Origin: Squalus acanthias
Lineage: Eukaryota
DNA length: 64,000 nt
Assembly (NCBI GenBank): GCA_030390025.1
Contig: CM059432.1
Coordinates: 74,216,001 to 74,280,000, forward strand
Reading direction: 5' to 3'
Numbering within the stretch: the first letter of the stretch is position 1; every line of letters begins with the position of its first letter. The notes beneath the pieces were generated by a model, which saw nothing but the letters and a program-made list of their open reading frames with translations, was not told the DNA's origin and searched no databases. A program made the position numbers and the translations under genes. Of this stretch, positions 63,269-64,000 are shown one piece after another.

Positions 63269-63712
63269 TTCTCTCCCCCAAAAAGCAATCGATGCTCAGG
63301 CAATTGGAGCTTTCAAGACTGAGCTCGATAGATTTTTGTTCGGTAAGGGTATCGAGGGATATGGAGTTACAAATCAGCCATGTTCTAATTGAATGGCCTG
63401 CACCTTTCCTAATGTTCTTATGTTAGCGGGCAAGGGATAATTGGAACAGGGTACGCAGATGTAATGCAGCCCTCATTTTAATCTCATACGTTATGTCCAT
63501 GTTTTATACTTAATATTTTTATTTTATATTATCATTTATACTTAAATAGCAAGACATCTGGCAATTTCCAAAGTAAAGTTGGTTGGTTAAAATCACTGCA
63601 GTACAGGCTGAGAAGCTGGGAGAGTCAAAACTGAAGTGCTATAGCATAACCACTGGTAGGGAGTTTAATTACAGCACGACCAGTTTACATAGGCAGCTTC
63701 CATTATAAATGT

Positions 63713-63990
63713 TCATAGAATGATACAACATAGAAGGAGGCCATTCCGTCCATCGACTCTGTGCCGGCTCTTTGAAAGAGCAATCCAATTAGTCCCATTC
63801 CCCTGCTTCACCTCATAGCCCTGCAAATTTTTCTCCTTCAAGTATTTATCCAATTCCGTTTTGAAAGTTATTATTGAATCTGCTTCCACCGCCCTTTTAG
63901 GCTGTACATTCCAGATCATCATAACTTGCTGCGTAAAAAAAAAAAAAAAAAATCTCATGTAGCCTCTGCACCTTTTGCCTCTCTGTCCTC
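63713..63990 (-). mobile_element. CR1 3' end
   Basis: FFTQQV..IWN..P..AVEA.SI..FK.ELDKYL plus a CR1-type 3' UTR. Confidence 0.8.
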
Positions 63991-64000
63991 TGGTTACTGA

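Noticed and set aside
57488..64000. Next CHD7 exon (DEAH motif)
   Set aside because: No DEAHRLKN-encoding segment seen; it presumably lies beyond the window. The preceding Lys-rich exon was likewise not found in 1-16194.

Overview
Vertebrate genomic DNA, most likely a shark or other cartilaginous fish (inferred from DeuSINE/SacSINE1-like, HER1-like, CR1, L2 and Penelope repeats). The whole window appears to lie inside one + strand gene of the CHD6-9 chromatin-remodeller subfamily, best matching CHD7. Nine GT-AG exons (16195-57487, 1081 nt, frame-consistent) encode the basic/acidic linker, both chromodomains and the start of the SNF2 ATPase. From memory they correspond to human CHD7 exons 4-12. 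The introns hold decayed LINEs (RTE, L2, CR1), SINEs, an internally deleted Tigger/pogo transposon, hairpin-rich MITEs with 3-bp target duplications, a 21-unit minisatellite and a 2.4-kb pyrimidine tract. The most unusual element is a ~0.76-kb Penelope-like insertion (56225-56990) with 323-bp, ~98%-identical inverted arms carrying minimal hammerhead ribozyme motifs, ~250 nt upstream of the ATPase exon. Repeat family names come from recalled motifs, not database searches, and boundaries of degenerate repeats are approximate.
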